A stretch of 53,171 nucleotides of DNA, filler included, from Sluysia triapertura (lineage: Eukaryota), in the NCBI GenBank assembly GCA_046118255.1. It is 4 parts of 4 records of this genome, joined end to end, with 100 filler letters (N's around TTAATTAATTAA, not from the genome) between each part and the next. Parts side by side here need not be neighbours in the genome. Positions count along the whole stretch, not along the records: positions 12,149 to 22,926 come from JBJNIA010193593.1; positions 23,027 to 36,135 come from JBJNIA010058986.1; 2 more parts are not named here. One strand, written 5' to 3'. A program made the translations under genes and the position numbers. This document shows, one piece after another, positions 12,943-26,513 of the stretch. The notes below the pieces were generated by a model. It saw only the letters and a list, made by a program, of their open reading frames with translations. It had not been told where the DNA came from and searched no databases. Each line of letters starts with the position of its first letter. Positions within the stretch are counted from its first letter, which is position 1.

Positions 12943-15900
12943 TTGATTGTTCTGGTGACATTGTTTTTATTAACCACTGATTACGTTGTGCTGCTTTCTG
13001 TTTAGAAGCTATAGCTTGATTTGTAAGTCTAAGTAAAAATAAAATTTAAAAATTAAAAAACAAATTATATCCGATTTTGTATTGATTTCATACATGTGAA
13101 TTCTACAGTGAAAAGAGAAACATTTCAAATGCCATTCTTGCAGAATGATTTCAAAATTGGATGGTGCTAAACTATACTCATTGCTTGTCGCTTATAAAAG
13201 ATAAAATATTAATATTAAAATAAAAAGATAATAGAAAATGTCTAGTATTTTGTTCCTCATTTCACCGTTTATGATATATAAGATTCCTGTTTGATTCAAA
13301 AGTGCATGGAACACATCACAAATGATGTTAATTGTATGTGGTATACAGATGACTGTACTTGGCAAAACTATAAGGAACATGATATCAATCTAAGGGATTC
13401 GGATCAACGAGAATAAGAGCATAGGTAAACGTGAAATAGTTTCTTATGCATTAAGTAAAGATGAAATTTGATCATTTTTAGAGAAAATAAAGGCTATTGG
13501 ATATTTACTTAGTACCAACTATGTTGAGTTGTGTACAATTTGTTCGTTATATTGGTCAGAAATCCTGCATTGATTATGAAATGTTGATTTTGAATTTGTG
13601 GAAAATTATGAATGATGAAGTACTAAACCCAACAGTGAGTCCATCTTTGGTGTTTTATCACGGGTCAATGTCATAATTGACTTTTCAACCTTAGATTGTT
13701 TTGTTTTGTCCATAAATTTTCTGCGCTATCTAAAGTAAGGTCGATATGCATAATGTAGACAATGTGGTACGTTATCTAAATTATATGGTTTACCAATAAA
13801 CAGTAGGTTTAAGTAAACGTGCTTCACGAGAAGTTCCATTTCCAATCACTATTGTAAATATTAGTAATTATTTTTTTCTTCCGTCATTAATAGCTATATT
13901 CATATTGCGAAATTCTTGCTGCGTAGGTACAATGGTACCGTGTTTATAAAGATGCCATTAAAAGTAGTAATACGAATAATTTTATGTTTTCTGTTTTTTG
14001 TCATAGCACTTATAAACATAACAATACTATGATGTTCTGATCCAAGTCCCGGTGAGTCTGAGCTTTCTTCTGGTGAAGTTATGGATTCACTAAAAGTTTC
14101 AAACGCTGTATACAAATATTGAAGATTGAGTAGATTTGGAGTTCATATCACTGAGATAGGCAAACGATTTGTTACTTCTGGAAACTGGGAGACTCATCTC
14201 CAACATGTGGGACAACAATTTGCGTTACTATCACATGTGATCCTTGTGGTAACTTGACAAATTCACATTTACTACGTATAATTATGTCATTGAAAGTATT
14301 AATAACATCCTTTCGAACTATAAATTCAAATGGACTATTATTTATTTACCCAAACATTTATTGGTATTATTATATATTCACTTAAAATTGTTATACTGCA
14401 CGCTAATATCCAGTTAATGTTTATGGGCATGTTGTTAACATCACAAAATATTGTATCTGATTTATTTATCAAAGTCATTCTCTGTAGTTTAAAAAACTTC
14501 GGCGAACTACTGATGTAGTGGTTTTTATCCATCTGCCATTTGAATGTATGTGCTGAAATATATTACTTTGAAAATTCAATGAAAAGTTTATCATCATTAC
14601 TGCTTGCTTATTAACGCGTTGCGCAACGTGCGGCGATAGCCGCCAATTTTTGTTTTTAATGAATGGCGAGGAAAAAAGGGTGCGTCAACGTATTAATAAG
14701 TGCATGCACTGAAGGTAGTTTTCTTTTAAACCTTTTTGATTCTTAAATTATATAGTTCTTTTAGTGATATTTTTCACCTGTTTGCGTGTACCACAAATGT
14801 TTGGCGTATATTTTACTCGGAACGTTATAGAGACCCTTAAAATGTTTATGTAGTTAAAGGAGAATGTTACAAATTTTACACATTGTAAATAAACAATTTG
14901 AAAATAAAAAATATTTTAAATACTATCAGTATTGTTAAAAATGATTCAAAAATAAAAAGCATTTTAAATAAAATAGTACATCTAAAACCCACCAATATTC
15001 ATAATACAATTTAAAAAAGGTTAAAAAATCAAAATACCTTTATAAATACCAAAAAGTAATCAGAAACACAACAAACTAATAGACAAAAATGAATCTATTA
15101 CCATCCAGAAAATATTGCAGATCAAGCGGAGATGCCAATAAACATGAAAATTCCGATACAGCCATTAAATATAAATCATTATGGAATTAAATTGGTTAGT
15201 AAGTGATTATCGATTTGTGAAGAAAAACTAGTATGTCAGAATTAATACTGAAGTACTTTTATCGACACATTATTTATTATTAACTGAAGTTTTATATAAA
15301 ATACTTAGTCAAACTAAAAAGACCATATTAAAAAGATGATTATGTATTTTTATTTAGTTTCGTTTAATAGAATTTAATTCATCATTCATTATTATTTTAT
15401 AAAAGGTTAATGAATTCCAACTTATCCCGAAATTAGTATTTCCGTCTTTGATAATCAAAAGATGAGACAAAAGAACTCACGATAACATACAAAGTTTTAG
15501 CACTGTGGTAAGTATAAAATTTAGAACGAAATGTGTAAAGATAGTCAAACCTAAAAGTTGTAACAAATTTTGAATAAAGTTATTAAATAAACCTAAACAT
15601 GAATTAACACCGACAATAAATAAAATAATTTGTAAGAAACAATAAAATTATCGCAATTAATCTATATACAGATTTTTTATAAATAATTAAGAAAATAATT
15701 AATAAGCTACATAATCAAGTTACAAATTATCAATTATAAAAGAAATAGCATTAGTAAATATAGTGCGTTAATAAATCTAAATGTTCAATATGAACATTTA
15801 AGTCAAAAATTATTGAAAACCGTATGGTTTTCATAGAAAATTGAATTTTATAATATGAACAGTTTATTTTGAACTGTATAATTATTTTTTGTTTAAATAT

Positions 15901-18900
15901 TCATTTTAAACTACCTTTTATGAACTACCTTTTATTAACAATACTAATCCAAATTGTTAAAATTATTTGTTGAAGATAAAGGTGTTCTCAAAGCTTTCTT
16001 TCATCAAAATACAATATTTCACTAGGTTGCATGAAATCTAGAGACTCCATTTTGAAGTCAAACTTGAATACCAAACAGAAAATTAAAACACATTTACGTA
16101 GTGGATTTCAAGTTGATGCGATCCTGTGTGAATGTTTCAAGATTCGGAACCAGTGGTGATACATTGCAACAGAAGCATCAAACCATTGGCTTAATTCTTT
16201 TCTTTCCAGGCATATGATATCGTCGAAAAGAATTATTAGGGAATCAAAAACTGTGGATGAAAGGTATATTCTTAATTTTAAGAAACCGTATATGTCAAAG
16301 TTAAAATAATATTAAGTTAGAAGTGTTTATAATTGTGACGAAACTGGACATATAGAATTTTTAAAGAGGATAAGGTAAGTGGTAAGTTTTCTATAGATCG
16401 AATTACTGCACTCGTGGAAATAAATATGTTAGGAGAAAAGTTAAAGCTGTTAATGATAGGCAGACCGAAGAAACCTCGTTTTAAAGATTTCTATATAGAA
16501 AAACTACCTTTTTATTACCATGGAAATACAGTCTTTGATGACGTTAGCAATTTTTCTAGATTGGTTTAAAGATTTTAACAGTAAAATGAAAGCAGAGCGG
16601 AACGCACTTATTCGCCCAAAAGACTTCGAAGTATTCTTTTCCCACCAAGTACGTCATTTTTTTTCAATCTCTGTGGTGGCCAACGCAATTATACAAAATT
16701 TTAAACATTTTAACATTCCACACCACATCAACTACAACATTTATATCACATTAAAACTCAGTAAATCAATTTTTTTAATAAAATAAAAATGAAATGAAAT
16801 TTCCATTAAACATCTTCAATTTCAATTTTATAACTTTTTCTCTTATTCATTCTCACTTATCCTCAACCTTCTATCTAACTTTCCTTTTAAACTTTTAAAA
16901 TCCGTAACATTCCGATATGCAACAGCAGCAGCATTATTATCAACATTTTAAGACTCTGTTAAGTATCATGTTAGAAATGACAGATTGTGATTATAATATT
17001 AGAACTCAATCAATCATCATCAAACTGATCAAAACGATTTTCCGAACTCGGTCAGCTAACATAACATATTTGATGCACATTGTTACACTGACAAATATAA
17101 AAGAAAACGGAAGCAGCAATGGAGAACATTGCTCGTAATATCGAGAAAATGAAATACCATTGTAAGAGAAGTAGTGTGGAATACTCGCGCTTGTTGTTAA
17201 GTAATCTGTTGAAATGAATTGAGGTACAAGTAGAATTACCTAAGACATTTAATCGTAAAGAATTACAACTTAGAGGTCAAGAGTTTCAACAACAGTGTCA
17301 GGAAATTCAAAAACTGGAAAAACTGGTAGACAAAATGAAATTCCTTTATTTTTGATTTAAATTGGAATGAAGATAGAAAATCGTCATTGACAATTGCTAA
17401 TAAATGTACAATGGAGAAATTAAGCTTAGTTCAGCAATTTGATACTTTTACTACTAACAAAGAATCAGAAAATGATGACTTTATGGTTGATGGTATTATC
17501 GATAATATAGTACTTGGGAAACCTACAGTACAACTTACAGAAAGAAATCCTAAATTTCCATTTATTTCCGAAAACGAATTAATTAATCATTTCAGCTTCA
17601 ATTGTCACAATACTAATGTTAAATCAGAGTTTCCAAGCACCTCAACATCTACAGCACGATTAATTCAAGGCCAACGATTACCAAATTTTCCTGGAGACAA
17701 ATTATTTATAAAGATGTGTACACAACCAGTTAAACAAAAATCGAAAAGTAGAAGAAATGTTAAAGTTGTTGAAGAAATCACAAAATCCATTCCAACATAT
17801 GAAAGTTTGATGTTTTTATTTATTTTTATGTATTTTTTTATTTTAAATTGAAACTAAATTACGGCAACGTAAAAAGTTGCCTTTTTGGTTTACATATATT
17901 GGCTACTTCTTCAAGTTACAAAGAAAAAGGATTATAAGTCCATCTTTATCAACTTGTAACAAATCATAAAGAAAGTCTGTCTATAAACTCGATGTAAATA
18001 ATATTCCTCAGGTCACAAAGCAGAATGAATATATTTTCAGATTCTTCGCGAATTACTGGTATCAATTTATAATAGGAAATATTAATGTTGGTAATATCAA
18101 TTTTTTAGACGATACCTCTTACTTAATGAAATATAATTATGAATTGAGTTAAGATATAAATTTCTACCTTGTTCCAAAGTTATGTAGTAAATTTTATTCC
18201 ACGACCATCGAAACGAATCAGTATCAAACGTGCACGCACCTAGTTTTCAAACAATGCAACGACTCTGAAGTAATTCCTTTATTTATGTTTTTTCTTGCTG
18301 ATCCTTACGAGCTCTCTCTGCCAAAGTTTTATGTCATTAATAAATAAATCATGATTTAATTTAGTCGCTTTAGTTTTAAAATAAATTCTATAATTTCATT
18401 AGTGATCTTTTATTTTCAAGAAATTTTAAATTTATTTTGGAATCATTTTTAATTGATAAATAAATATTTTCCATTTATTATAACTTTCAATTTTTCATTA
18501 AACTCTTGGCCAAGGTATTATAAAAAGTTTTAAAAACGTTTTTAAAGACGTTATAAGAAGTTTTTGAGCATGTCAATGAATTTTAATTTAGATGTTAAAC
18601 AAGATATATGATGCAAAAACGTTCATATGTATCAAGCAGTGGTTTGGATTTCGAAAGCATGGAAACCAGCGACTATTTCTAATTTTTTTTACCAAGTCTT
18701 GCGAAAATGCATGTTAAAGAAGGGAATGTTGAATGTGATGATTTTCCATGTTTGATGAACATCTTTTATTGGATCTAGTGGAGAGGTATGAAAAAGAAAG
18801 TTCTGCAAAGAGGAAACAAATGATAATTCTGTTGAAGAGGTAGAAGATGCAGTAACGACAGGATATGAAGCCTATGAGTATGCAAAAAAACTTGAAAAAT

Positions 18901-21900
18901 ACTTTCAAGCTAATATTCCTGATAAGATGAAAATATGGGATCTGATTGATGAAATTCAAGGAGAAAAAGTATCTAGGCAATTAAAAATCAGACTATTAGG
19001 TGTCAAATAAATAAAATTTGTAATAAATACAATTTTTCTAGAAAACTTTGTTATCGTTATGTTAATATTATTTTTTAATGAGCATTTGAAAAAATTTGTA
19101 CGCTAGTTTTCATATTGAACAGGGTTGTATTTCATTCTAGTTAATCTTTAATATAAGAAACCGATTTTTTAAACTCAATGCTGCCTACTGTATGGGGCAA
19201 TTTTTACTCATAAAAATATTACTATGGTGATTCATAAAAATTATATATATATATTTTAGATACGCAACATTCGTCTATTGTGACCATTAATTTAATTTAG
19301 ATATATCTAAAGGTTAACCCAAAACCTAAATGATTTTAATATCTAAAATAATATAAGCGATTAATTTCCATTATTAGATTGTACAATCAGCTAAAATAAA
19401 ATTGTCGGATTATAAAATTAGAATTAATTAGTAAAACAATTTGTTAAGTTTTGTAAATGACTGCACCAATAAGTTTTAGAATATTAATAATTCTTGATTG
19501 TAAACTGAGTTTAATTTAAAGTTGTTAAATGCATGTTTAACACTTTTTATTAAAAAATAATTTTTCTTTCACAATAAAATATCTATACGTTTATAAAAAT
19601 TCGAATTTCTTTTCAGTTAAATAGAATTAGGTTTTGAGAATGAAACAAAAATTTTGTTTGGAATTGAAAACCAATTCTTAGTTTGGTAAAGCAAAACTGA
19701 ACATTTCTAAAAAGTTCTTCGAGATGTTTTACATGTAATATGCACGGCGAATTGACTTTCTTGGTGTCAAGCACGCTTCCATAAATCTAATGTACCTTTG
19801 ATCAAAATACACAAAACGTCATCGCACGCTATTCTAGGCAAGTCACGAAATAGTCCTAATATCGTTTAAATTTTATTAAAATTACAAATTGTTGATAATG
19901 TCATATGGGACGCAAAGGATTAATATCATTTAAAGAAATGCGAATTTCTTTTTTATTATTTGTTAACTGTTTTGTGTGAATAAAGTTTTTTAAGGTCATC
20001 CTAAAGTAACTTGTACATACTGTGCAAAATTAAAAAACATATTTGAATTATCAGCTAAGACAAGTTAGAACAATCTTCATGACATAGAGACTCATCACAA
20101 ACCTATTTGATGGCATTTATGCTAAATGAAAATTATCTATCGCACATTTAAAAATGAATTATTCTTAGAACTCAAGTAATTGTAAAACATCAATATAATA
20201 AGTGACTCACTTTGAATTCCCAGCATTATTAACTGTACTGGATATAGGACTAACACAACCAAAGCCATTTTCTACACTCATATCAGTAATGCAACCAAGA
20301 GTAGAATCACCACCTCCACCAACAGTCATTGGCTGAGGTACTGTATTTGATAGAGATACCAAGCCACAACCTTTACGTAACAAGTTACTGTGATTGTATA
20401 TATAGCCAGTTTGATATCCGGCATTGTCCAGCATCCTCATCATTGCCTCGAATTCTAATTCAGCCGACATAATTCGATGTTGTTTTAAACTATTATTATC
20501 ACTACGTGCTGCAACTTCGTCAACTATTTTCCCATCTTCATTTGCATGATTATTAGTCTTGTCACTATCGGTAGTTGACTTCATAGAGCATTTTATATTC
20601 ATATTTAATAGTTCTACCTCACCCTTTGTTTGCAGCAACCTCACCTAATTCAGATAATCTCAATTCATATTAATTAAATTAAACCTGATTCTCACATGCT
20701 TGTATAAGTCTTTTTAAAAGTACCCAAGCTTCTACGCAGTTTGATCCACAAACTACCACTCCATGATTCCTCAAAAACATTATTTTGCTATGTGGGCCTA
20801 AATCTTCTTTAATACTAGTCCATTCTTCCTTAGTGACAGCTAGACCCCAGTAGTCGTGATAGCGAATTCCAAGAGACAAAGATTCAGGTGATTCATCAAG
20901 AAGATCAGCTGCTTCGGGTGAGATTGGTAGTAGACCAAATTTGAGACAGCTAACCTAAAATATAACTTATTATCATAAATACATCATTTTAAGTGGCATA
21001 TTTAAAAGTTTAATTAGAAATAAAAAAATCGTATAGGTTCAAGATTAAATGAAAAGCTCATTTTTGTTAAATAATAATATAATATTCTCATTAGATTCAT
21101 CGAGGTCATATACGTATGCTTGTTGGCGTCTTATCATCTTCCTGTTACGTAAAGTTTCCATTTTGCCCTGACGTTAAATTCAGAAGCTTTCGTTCAAATA
21201 TTTGTAATGCTTTAGAAAAGTATTGTTATTACATTTAAACAAATTTTTCTATTTTTCAACGATTTTTCCTTTAAGCCATTTCTCGATATCTTGTTGAAAT
21301 TGATCTTGTTTATAACTACATTGTTATTGACATTTGAAAAGAGTATATACTTTAAGATAATAGACTTATATTAACGAACTCAACAAAACAATTTACTCTA
21401 AATTAAAAGAGTAAATAATTAATTCACTGTATCAAATTCTCTCGGATCCATCATTTCTGTATAAAAAATTAATTTCACTTTAGTTTTAATGTTACGTTTT
21501 GCATAGTTTAAAAAGTGCATAAAATACAGATAAATTAACCTCGTGAATACGAGAAACCTAGTTTTATGAGTCGCAGATTCAATCTCAATTGATTCAAATA
21601 AATTAATATCTAAAGTTTTTTTACATTCAGTATTACATTTAGCCATAGATATAAATCTTATGCCGATATAAGTTGACCCTCATAATTTTTCTATACCAAG
21701 ATTCTTTCACTAAAATCATGTAGTCGAACCATTAAGTTTGTAAATCTCGGACCAAAGATGGATTCACTAATCTGAATTTTATTCATTTATGATTGTAGGC
21801 CAATTACTATCATAAAAGAATCCATCATCCAAGTAGCTAGGAAAAAGTTCTAAATTTAGAATTTTTTCCTGTTTATTTGTACTCAGTATATTTAAAAGCA

Positions 21901-22611
21901 TTTCAAAATTAAATATTTACCTCATGTTTTCAAAATAATATAATTATACAAATGATTTTTCTTTCAAAATAACTGTTGGGATTTCTTATACATAAAAATC
22001 GTTTAAATTTACAAGACAGGATTTGGATTACAATGCATGACTTATAAACAATTACTAATAGAGTAAATTAACAGTGCTACTTCTTTAAAAAGCATTTAAA
22101 TTTAATATTTTGCATAAAATTCACTAGTGATTTTGTAATCTTCTGTTTTTGATATATTTACAAAAAGTTTATATACTGATTATAAATCGTGCAAGATGTT
22201 ATTCAAAATTATTTTACTATGAATTGGTTTATTTTACATTATCATTATTACGAGCTGGGTAGATTGGCACTTCGAAAATTTTATAAGAAACTTAGTAATA
22301 TGGTTAATTAATTTTTAAAAATGACAAATCAAATCAAATAAGAATTTGGGCACTCAAATTTTATTTAAACTTTTTTACATAATTTTTTTGTTGATATGTT
22401 CATATTAAATTGTGTTCAAGTTAAGCAAATAACGCATTATGTCGATTATCATTATCCGATAAAACAATAAAAAATCTAACCGCAATTACATCAGGGACAT
22501 GGGTGTGAATAACACAAGTTATATTTGGTCTTGCACTGTGTAAAGCTGAATGTAAACTCCAACCTGCTTTATTTATTCCGAATATGGATGTACCTGGATC
22601 TAATGTTTGAC
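12943..22611 (-). CDS. ADD/hts: Adducin (class II aldolase-like head and neck), internal exons only
   Basis: Exons 22611-22481 (GINKAGWSLHSALHSARPNITCVIHTH), 20954-20685 (GLLPISPEA..LGPHSKIMFLRNHGVVVCG..ACENQ), 20644-20211 (ELEFEAMMRMLDNAGYQTGY) and 13028-12943 (QKAAQRNQWL). All are GT-AG bounded with matching phases; the last exon assignment is less certain than the first three. Confidence 0.93.
13480..14580 (-). mobile_element. Highly decayed Ty3/gypsy pol remnant (protease to RT start)
   Basis: Minus-strand fragments IQMADG, NWILACS, KQNNLRL and TRDKTPKMDSLLG occur in the expected order but with many stops and frameshifts. Confidence 0.35.
14611..14696. mobile_element. Miniature TTAA-flanked inverted-repeat element (piggyBac-type MITE), 78-bp core
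   Basis: TTAA-CGCGTTGCGCA ... TGCGTCAACGTA-TTAA: imperfect terminal inverted repeats, TTAA on both sides, locally GC-rich. Confidence 0.65.
15820..19192 (+). mobile_element. Tigger/pogo DNA transposon pseudogene split by a ~1.8-kb insertion
   Basis: ASNHWLNSF, VYNCDETG, DRITALVEINMLGEKLKLLMIGRPKKPRF and an FPP-S-T-S remnant lie before 16671. LGQGIIKSFK and WISKAWK lie after 18502. Right end reads CTACTG-TA at ~19185-19192; left boundary approximate. Confidence 0.85.
16672..18501 (+). mobile_element. LTR-like element inserted in the Tigger transposase
   Basis: Begins TGTGGTGGCCAAC like the copies at 33638(-) and 35883(+). Interrupts the QPLDQG-equivalent motif, with an imperfect flanking duplication TCTC/ACTC. 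Contains unassigned ORF 17387-17851. Confidence 0.65.
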
Positions 22612-22895
22612 CTAAATCAAAGTGAATAAATTAAAGTCTTCATTTTTGCAACCTTCGGGATGACCAAGACGTTAAACTAAGAAAAATAATGAAACTTAGA
22701 AATTCCAAATAAATATCAAAAATAGAATTATTGAAAATTTTGACTTAATTTGCCAAAAACCTTTCTACCAATATTACATTATGGACAATTAATTTATTAT
22801 TTATATTGATATTGTAGAGTTAAAGCATACAAATTATCATACATTATTAGTAGCTTGCAATTTTTTACAGTTAATTGACCATCATCATCATCACC

Positions 22896-22896
<1 letters not shown>

Positions 22897-22926
<30 letters not shown>
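22897..22926 (+). repeat. (TTA)n microsatellite at contig end
   Basis: About ten TTA units running into the spacer. Confidence 0.9.
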
Positions 22927-23026
22927 NNNNNNNNNNNNNNNNNNNNNNNNNNNNNNNNNNNNNNNNNNNNTTAATTAATTAANNNNNNNNNNNNNNNNNN
23001 NNNNNNNNNNNNNNNNNNNNNNNNNN
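22927..23026. other. Artificial contig spacer
   Basis: 44N-TTAATTAATTAA-44N. Confidence 0.98.
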
Positions 23027-23090
23027 AGTGGTAGAGCAGTCGGACTGCGCAGACGATGGTCCCGGGTTCGATCTCCGGTCAGTCCATTTT
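23027..23090 (+). tRNA. 5'-truncated tRNA-like sequence (tRNA pseudogene or SINE head)
   Basis: AGTGGTAGAGC D-arm, CCGGG-TTCGATC-TCCGG T-arm, 3' acceptor TCAGTCC-A, then TTTT. The anticodon stem pairs poorly (loop CT-GCG-CA). Confidence 0.7.
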
Positions 23091-24199
23091 ACGAAGTCTA
23101 ACAGTACCATTGAATGTAGGAACCTAGAAACTGTTTGAGACCTTATCAGCATTTAGGAATCTTTGAAACTTTGATAAGTGTTTATGAATTTTGGCCAACC
23201 TTGTAAATTTTTTTTGAAATCTTTAAAATATTTGAGAAATAAAATTATCAAAAAATAATTTAATATATTTGTAGTTAACATGAAGAGGTAGAGAAAGGAA
23301 TTAGGGTTGTGAGGGCAATGATATCTGGAACCTCCTGAGAGCCTTGCAGACTACGAAATAAAATCTTTAAGCATACATTTAAGATTAAGTCTAAAAATGT
23401 TTAAATTAATTAAAAACTGAAAATGATTTCTATGAAATAGACGAATCTAGAAGTGCATTTGAAATGCTGGTGGAATAGTTTATACGAGGGTAAGAATCTT
23501 AAAAATTTTTCATTAAGAAATTGAAAAACCGAAAATTAGTTGAATTCCAAAACATAAAATTTGTATTTGTCAATATTAATGATTTTATCTTAACATGAGA
23601 TGTAATTTAGGATAAAATGACCTCAGTAGAGTAAAGGAAAATAATGGTTATTAATCAACTTTGCGTTACATACTCAATAAATTCTAAGATGTAATTGTCA
23701 GACTCTCATTATCGGCTCGACTCTTAAAGGATGTTTGGATGATTTGTGTAACTCAAATATGATTGGATAATGAAGAAGTACGAAAGAAGAAGTTGTAAAA
23801 TTTACAACTATGATGATGGCAACAATAATTCAAGAATCATGATTAAATGAATATTTAATTTGTCATTATTTTAAGTTAAAAATTTTATTATTTTATTTTT
23901 TGTAAATTCTAGGTTTTATTTTATTTTAATTGTTTTTTATTATTAGTTTATTTTTGTTGTGGCACTCTTGGTTAATCGTGTCATTTTCGATTGTCAGTAC
24001 TCTATTAATTTAATTGTAACTGTATCATTTTATTTTATCTATTTTGCAGTTCTAAAAACGCTCTATCAACGAACTAAAAACTTATATGAACACAAAATAT
24101 TATGAGACTTAACAAAAGTTAATCGCAAAAGTAAATTCACATAACTCAAAGAACTCGATAATTATTACGAGAAATAAATGTCCACTATGCGAAAGAGTT

Positions 24200-24400
24200 A
24201 TTTGTAAATTAACTAAATAACGGATCTATGTTGTTTCAACAGATTACATCTAGACTACTAATTCGTAAGAACATGGTATCTGAAAGGCAGTTCGGCAGTA
24301 ATTCACATATATTTGCAAATTACAAACAATTGGTACGATAGATTGCATTTGACAAATTAATATTATATTATTCTTCCGAACATCAATCACGAAAATTCAT
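24200..24400 (+). mobile_element. LINE reverse transcriptase remnant
   Basis: LIRKNMVSERQFG, QITNNWYD and AFDK fragments in the order of the QFGFR...KAFD region of non-LTR RTs. Confidence 0.5.
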
Positions 24401-26192
24401 TTGGCAAATTCATTTCCAGAAAATCAATTTTTATCGAGTTCTTTTGTTTTGTTTAGTGCAATACCAAAAATACAGTTTATATATTTAATAAATTTTGGTA
24501 TAAGCTTAACGTTATGAATAAAATCTTTTTCTAAAATTTAAATTCAGATTGTAAGCTTAAATAAAGTGCATGTATTTATACATTTATATTGAATTGTGTT
24601 TCACTAAGGTTTTTCGAATATTTCGTTGTATTTAAGCAACCTTTTAAGTTCTTCTCAAATTAATTATTTCGAATGAAAAAGAATGACACAGAAGAATCAA
24701 AATCGTATAAGAAGGATTAATTACATTTGCATTATACGAATCTTTGAAGGTAAAAATTTAATCAGAACCCTTTGAAACTAAAAAACTACTATATAAAACA
24801 TCTTATAACATTAATTTGCCTTATTTTCTAAAAAAAATAGAAAAGAAGTTTCTGGAATATTTTAGAACATTCCAGACCAAGTTATTCAGTCGTGATTTCG
24901 TGATCATACAATTACACAATGTAGATCGCATCCAGAAGCTGATTAATCAATTTTATTCCAAATTTCAATGCCATACGTAAGCTGTTTTTTATAAGGTTGT
25001 TTTTATTTTCCTAAAGAAAATAAACGAAAAATGTTTTTTAAGAGTTTTTTTACTCTGATGTAATGAGGAAAATAATTTAACTAAATTTTTCTATATTACA
25101 AATGAAAGATCGTGTTGGATTTTAATTTCAAAATATCAACTGCACTCTAAAATCCTGTATTTTAATAAATATTCAATTAATCGAGTTATTATTTTTAACT
25201 TAAAGCCTATAAAAGAATATTTTATAAATCAAATAATTATTGTAATTCTAGTGAATTTTGAAATAAATAATTATTAAAAAACTTAAACTAGATTGATTGA
25301 TAAGTTAAAGTTAAAAGACCCACCATTTACGATAAGAGAAAATAATTAATAAAGTAGTGTTTATCAAATTAAATTTTATGCTAAGATTTGATTTATTATC
25401 GTTACAGTAACGCCCTCTTTACTTTAACTGAACCCTGCTGAATTTTATTTTGTCATATGAGATGTATTAAGAAACCACAGCAATTAAATAGACAAAATTT
25501 ATATTTATAATAAAATTATATTTTAATAAGAATTCAAAATCAGCATCGTTCAAAAAACAATTAGTAGCATCCTAATCTTCATGATTAAATTATAAGGACA
25601 AGAAACTAAGGTCACGAGAATCACGTAGTTTTAATAACATTATCTCTCGGAATTATCACTTGTAAGCTTTATTTAAAGAAAATCCTCCGTAAAATCACCT
25701 TTACTTATCTGTAATTATTTTGCAAATTAAGGAAGAAGATAAATAAATGAATAATATATATATGCACATTATTTGAAATTAATTCGCAACTCTAAAACAT
25801 ATAATTAATTCAAAACTCAAATAACAAAATTTTTAAATGACGTATTTTTTTAATTGTGATTGATTATTGTCTTGTATTATTAACATCTTTAGAGAATGCA
25901 ATAGTAAAATCATTAATTTAGAATATTATTATGCTAATTTTAAACAAGTATTAAAATTTTCACACAAATGGTTTATTTAGTATAAGATAAAGCAAACAAG
26001 CCTAATCTTTTTAAAACAAAATTTACAAAATAATGTGTTTAAATTATTTTTTATTAATTTCTTGAATAAAAACTAAAGATGTTTAAAATCACATATTTGT
26101 TTATTTAATTAGAAACATAACATATAAAAGTGATGCAGTTTTAAATTTAATCATTTTTCTAATTTAAAGATTTATTAAAGATTTAGTTAGCA

Positions 26193-26513
26193 ATGTTTTC
26201 AGCATTAGATAATTTTACATTTTTCAATTATGAAATTTCACCGGTATCTTTGGTTATTGTTTTAACTGTATTTTATTTCACTTACTATTTAATGATGATA
26301 AAAGAGGTTATTGATTAAATCATGCATTTTTTATTACTTTTTCTTTCAGTATCCGAAATTAATTTGTCACAATGAAATGTTTAAGAAGATTATTTCTGAA
26401 AATATGATAATAATTAGGAAAATTTATTGGCCATTGTTGTGGGGTTATGGTGGAAGAATTCAGACTATTTTGAGTTGCATTGTACGTCCTTTTCGACCTG
26501 TAACTTATGAATC
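26193..26513 (+). CDS. Alpha/beta-hydrolase ABHD1/ABHD3-like, exons 1-2
   Basis: Exon 26193-26306 encodes a signal-anchor (SLVIVLTVFYFTYYL), followed by a 43-nt GT-AG intron. Exon 26350-26513 encodes YPKLI..IYWPLLWGYGGRIQTIL..RPVTY, like ABHD3 YYPTVWCWEGRGQTLL..PPVQY, and ends at a GTAAGT donor. Confidence 0.85.

Noticed and set aside
13320-13420. WYTDDCTWQNY (WWE-like) and KGFGST (dUTPase motif 5-like) on the plus strand
   Set aside because: Short isolated matches in different frames, without the other family motifs.
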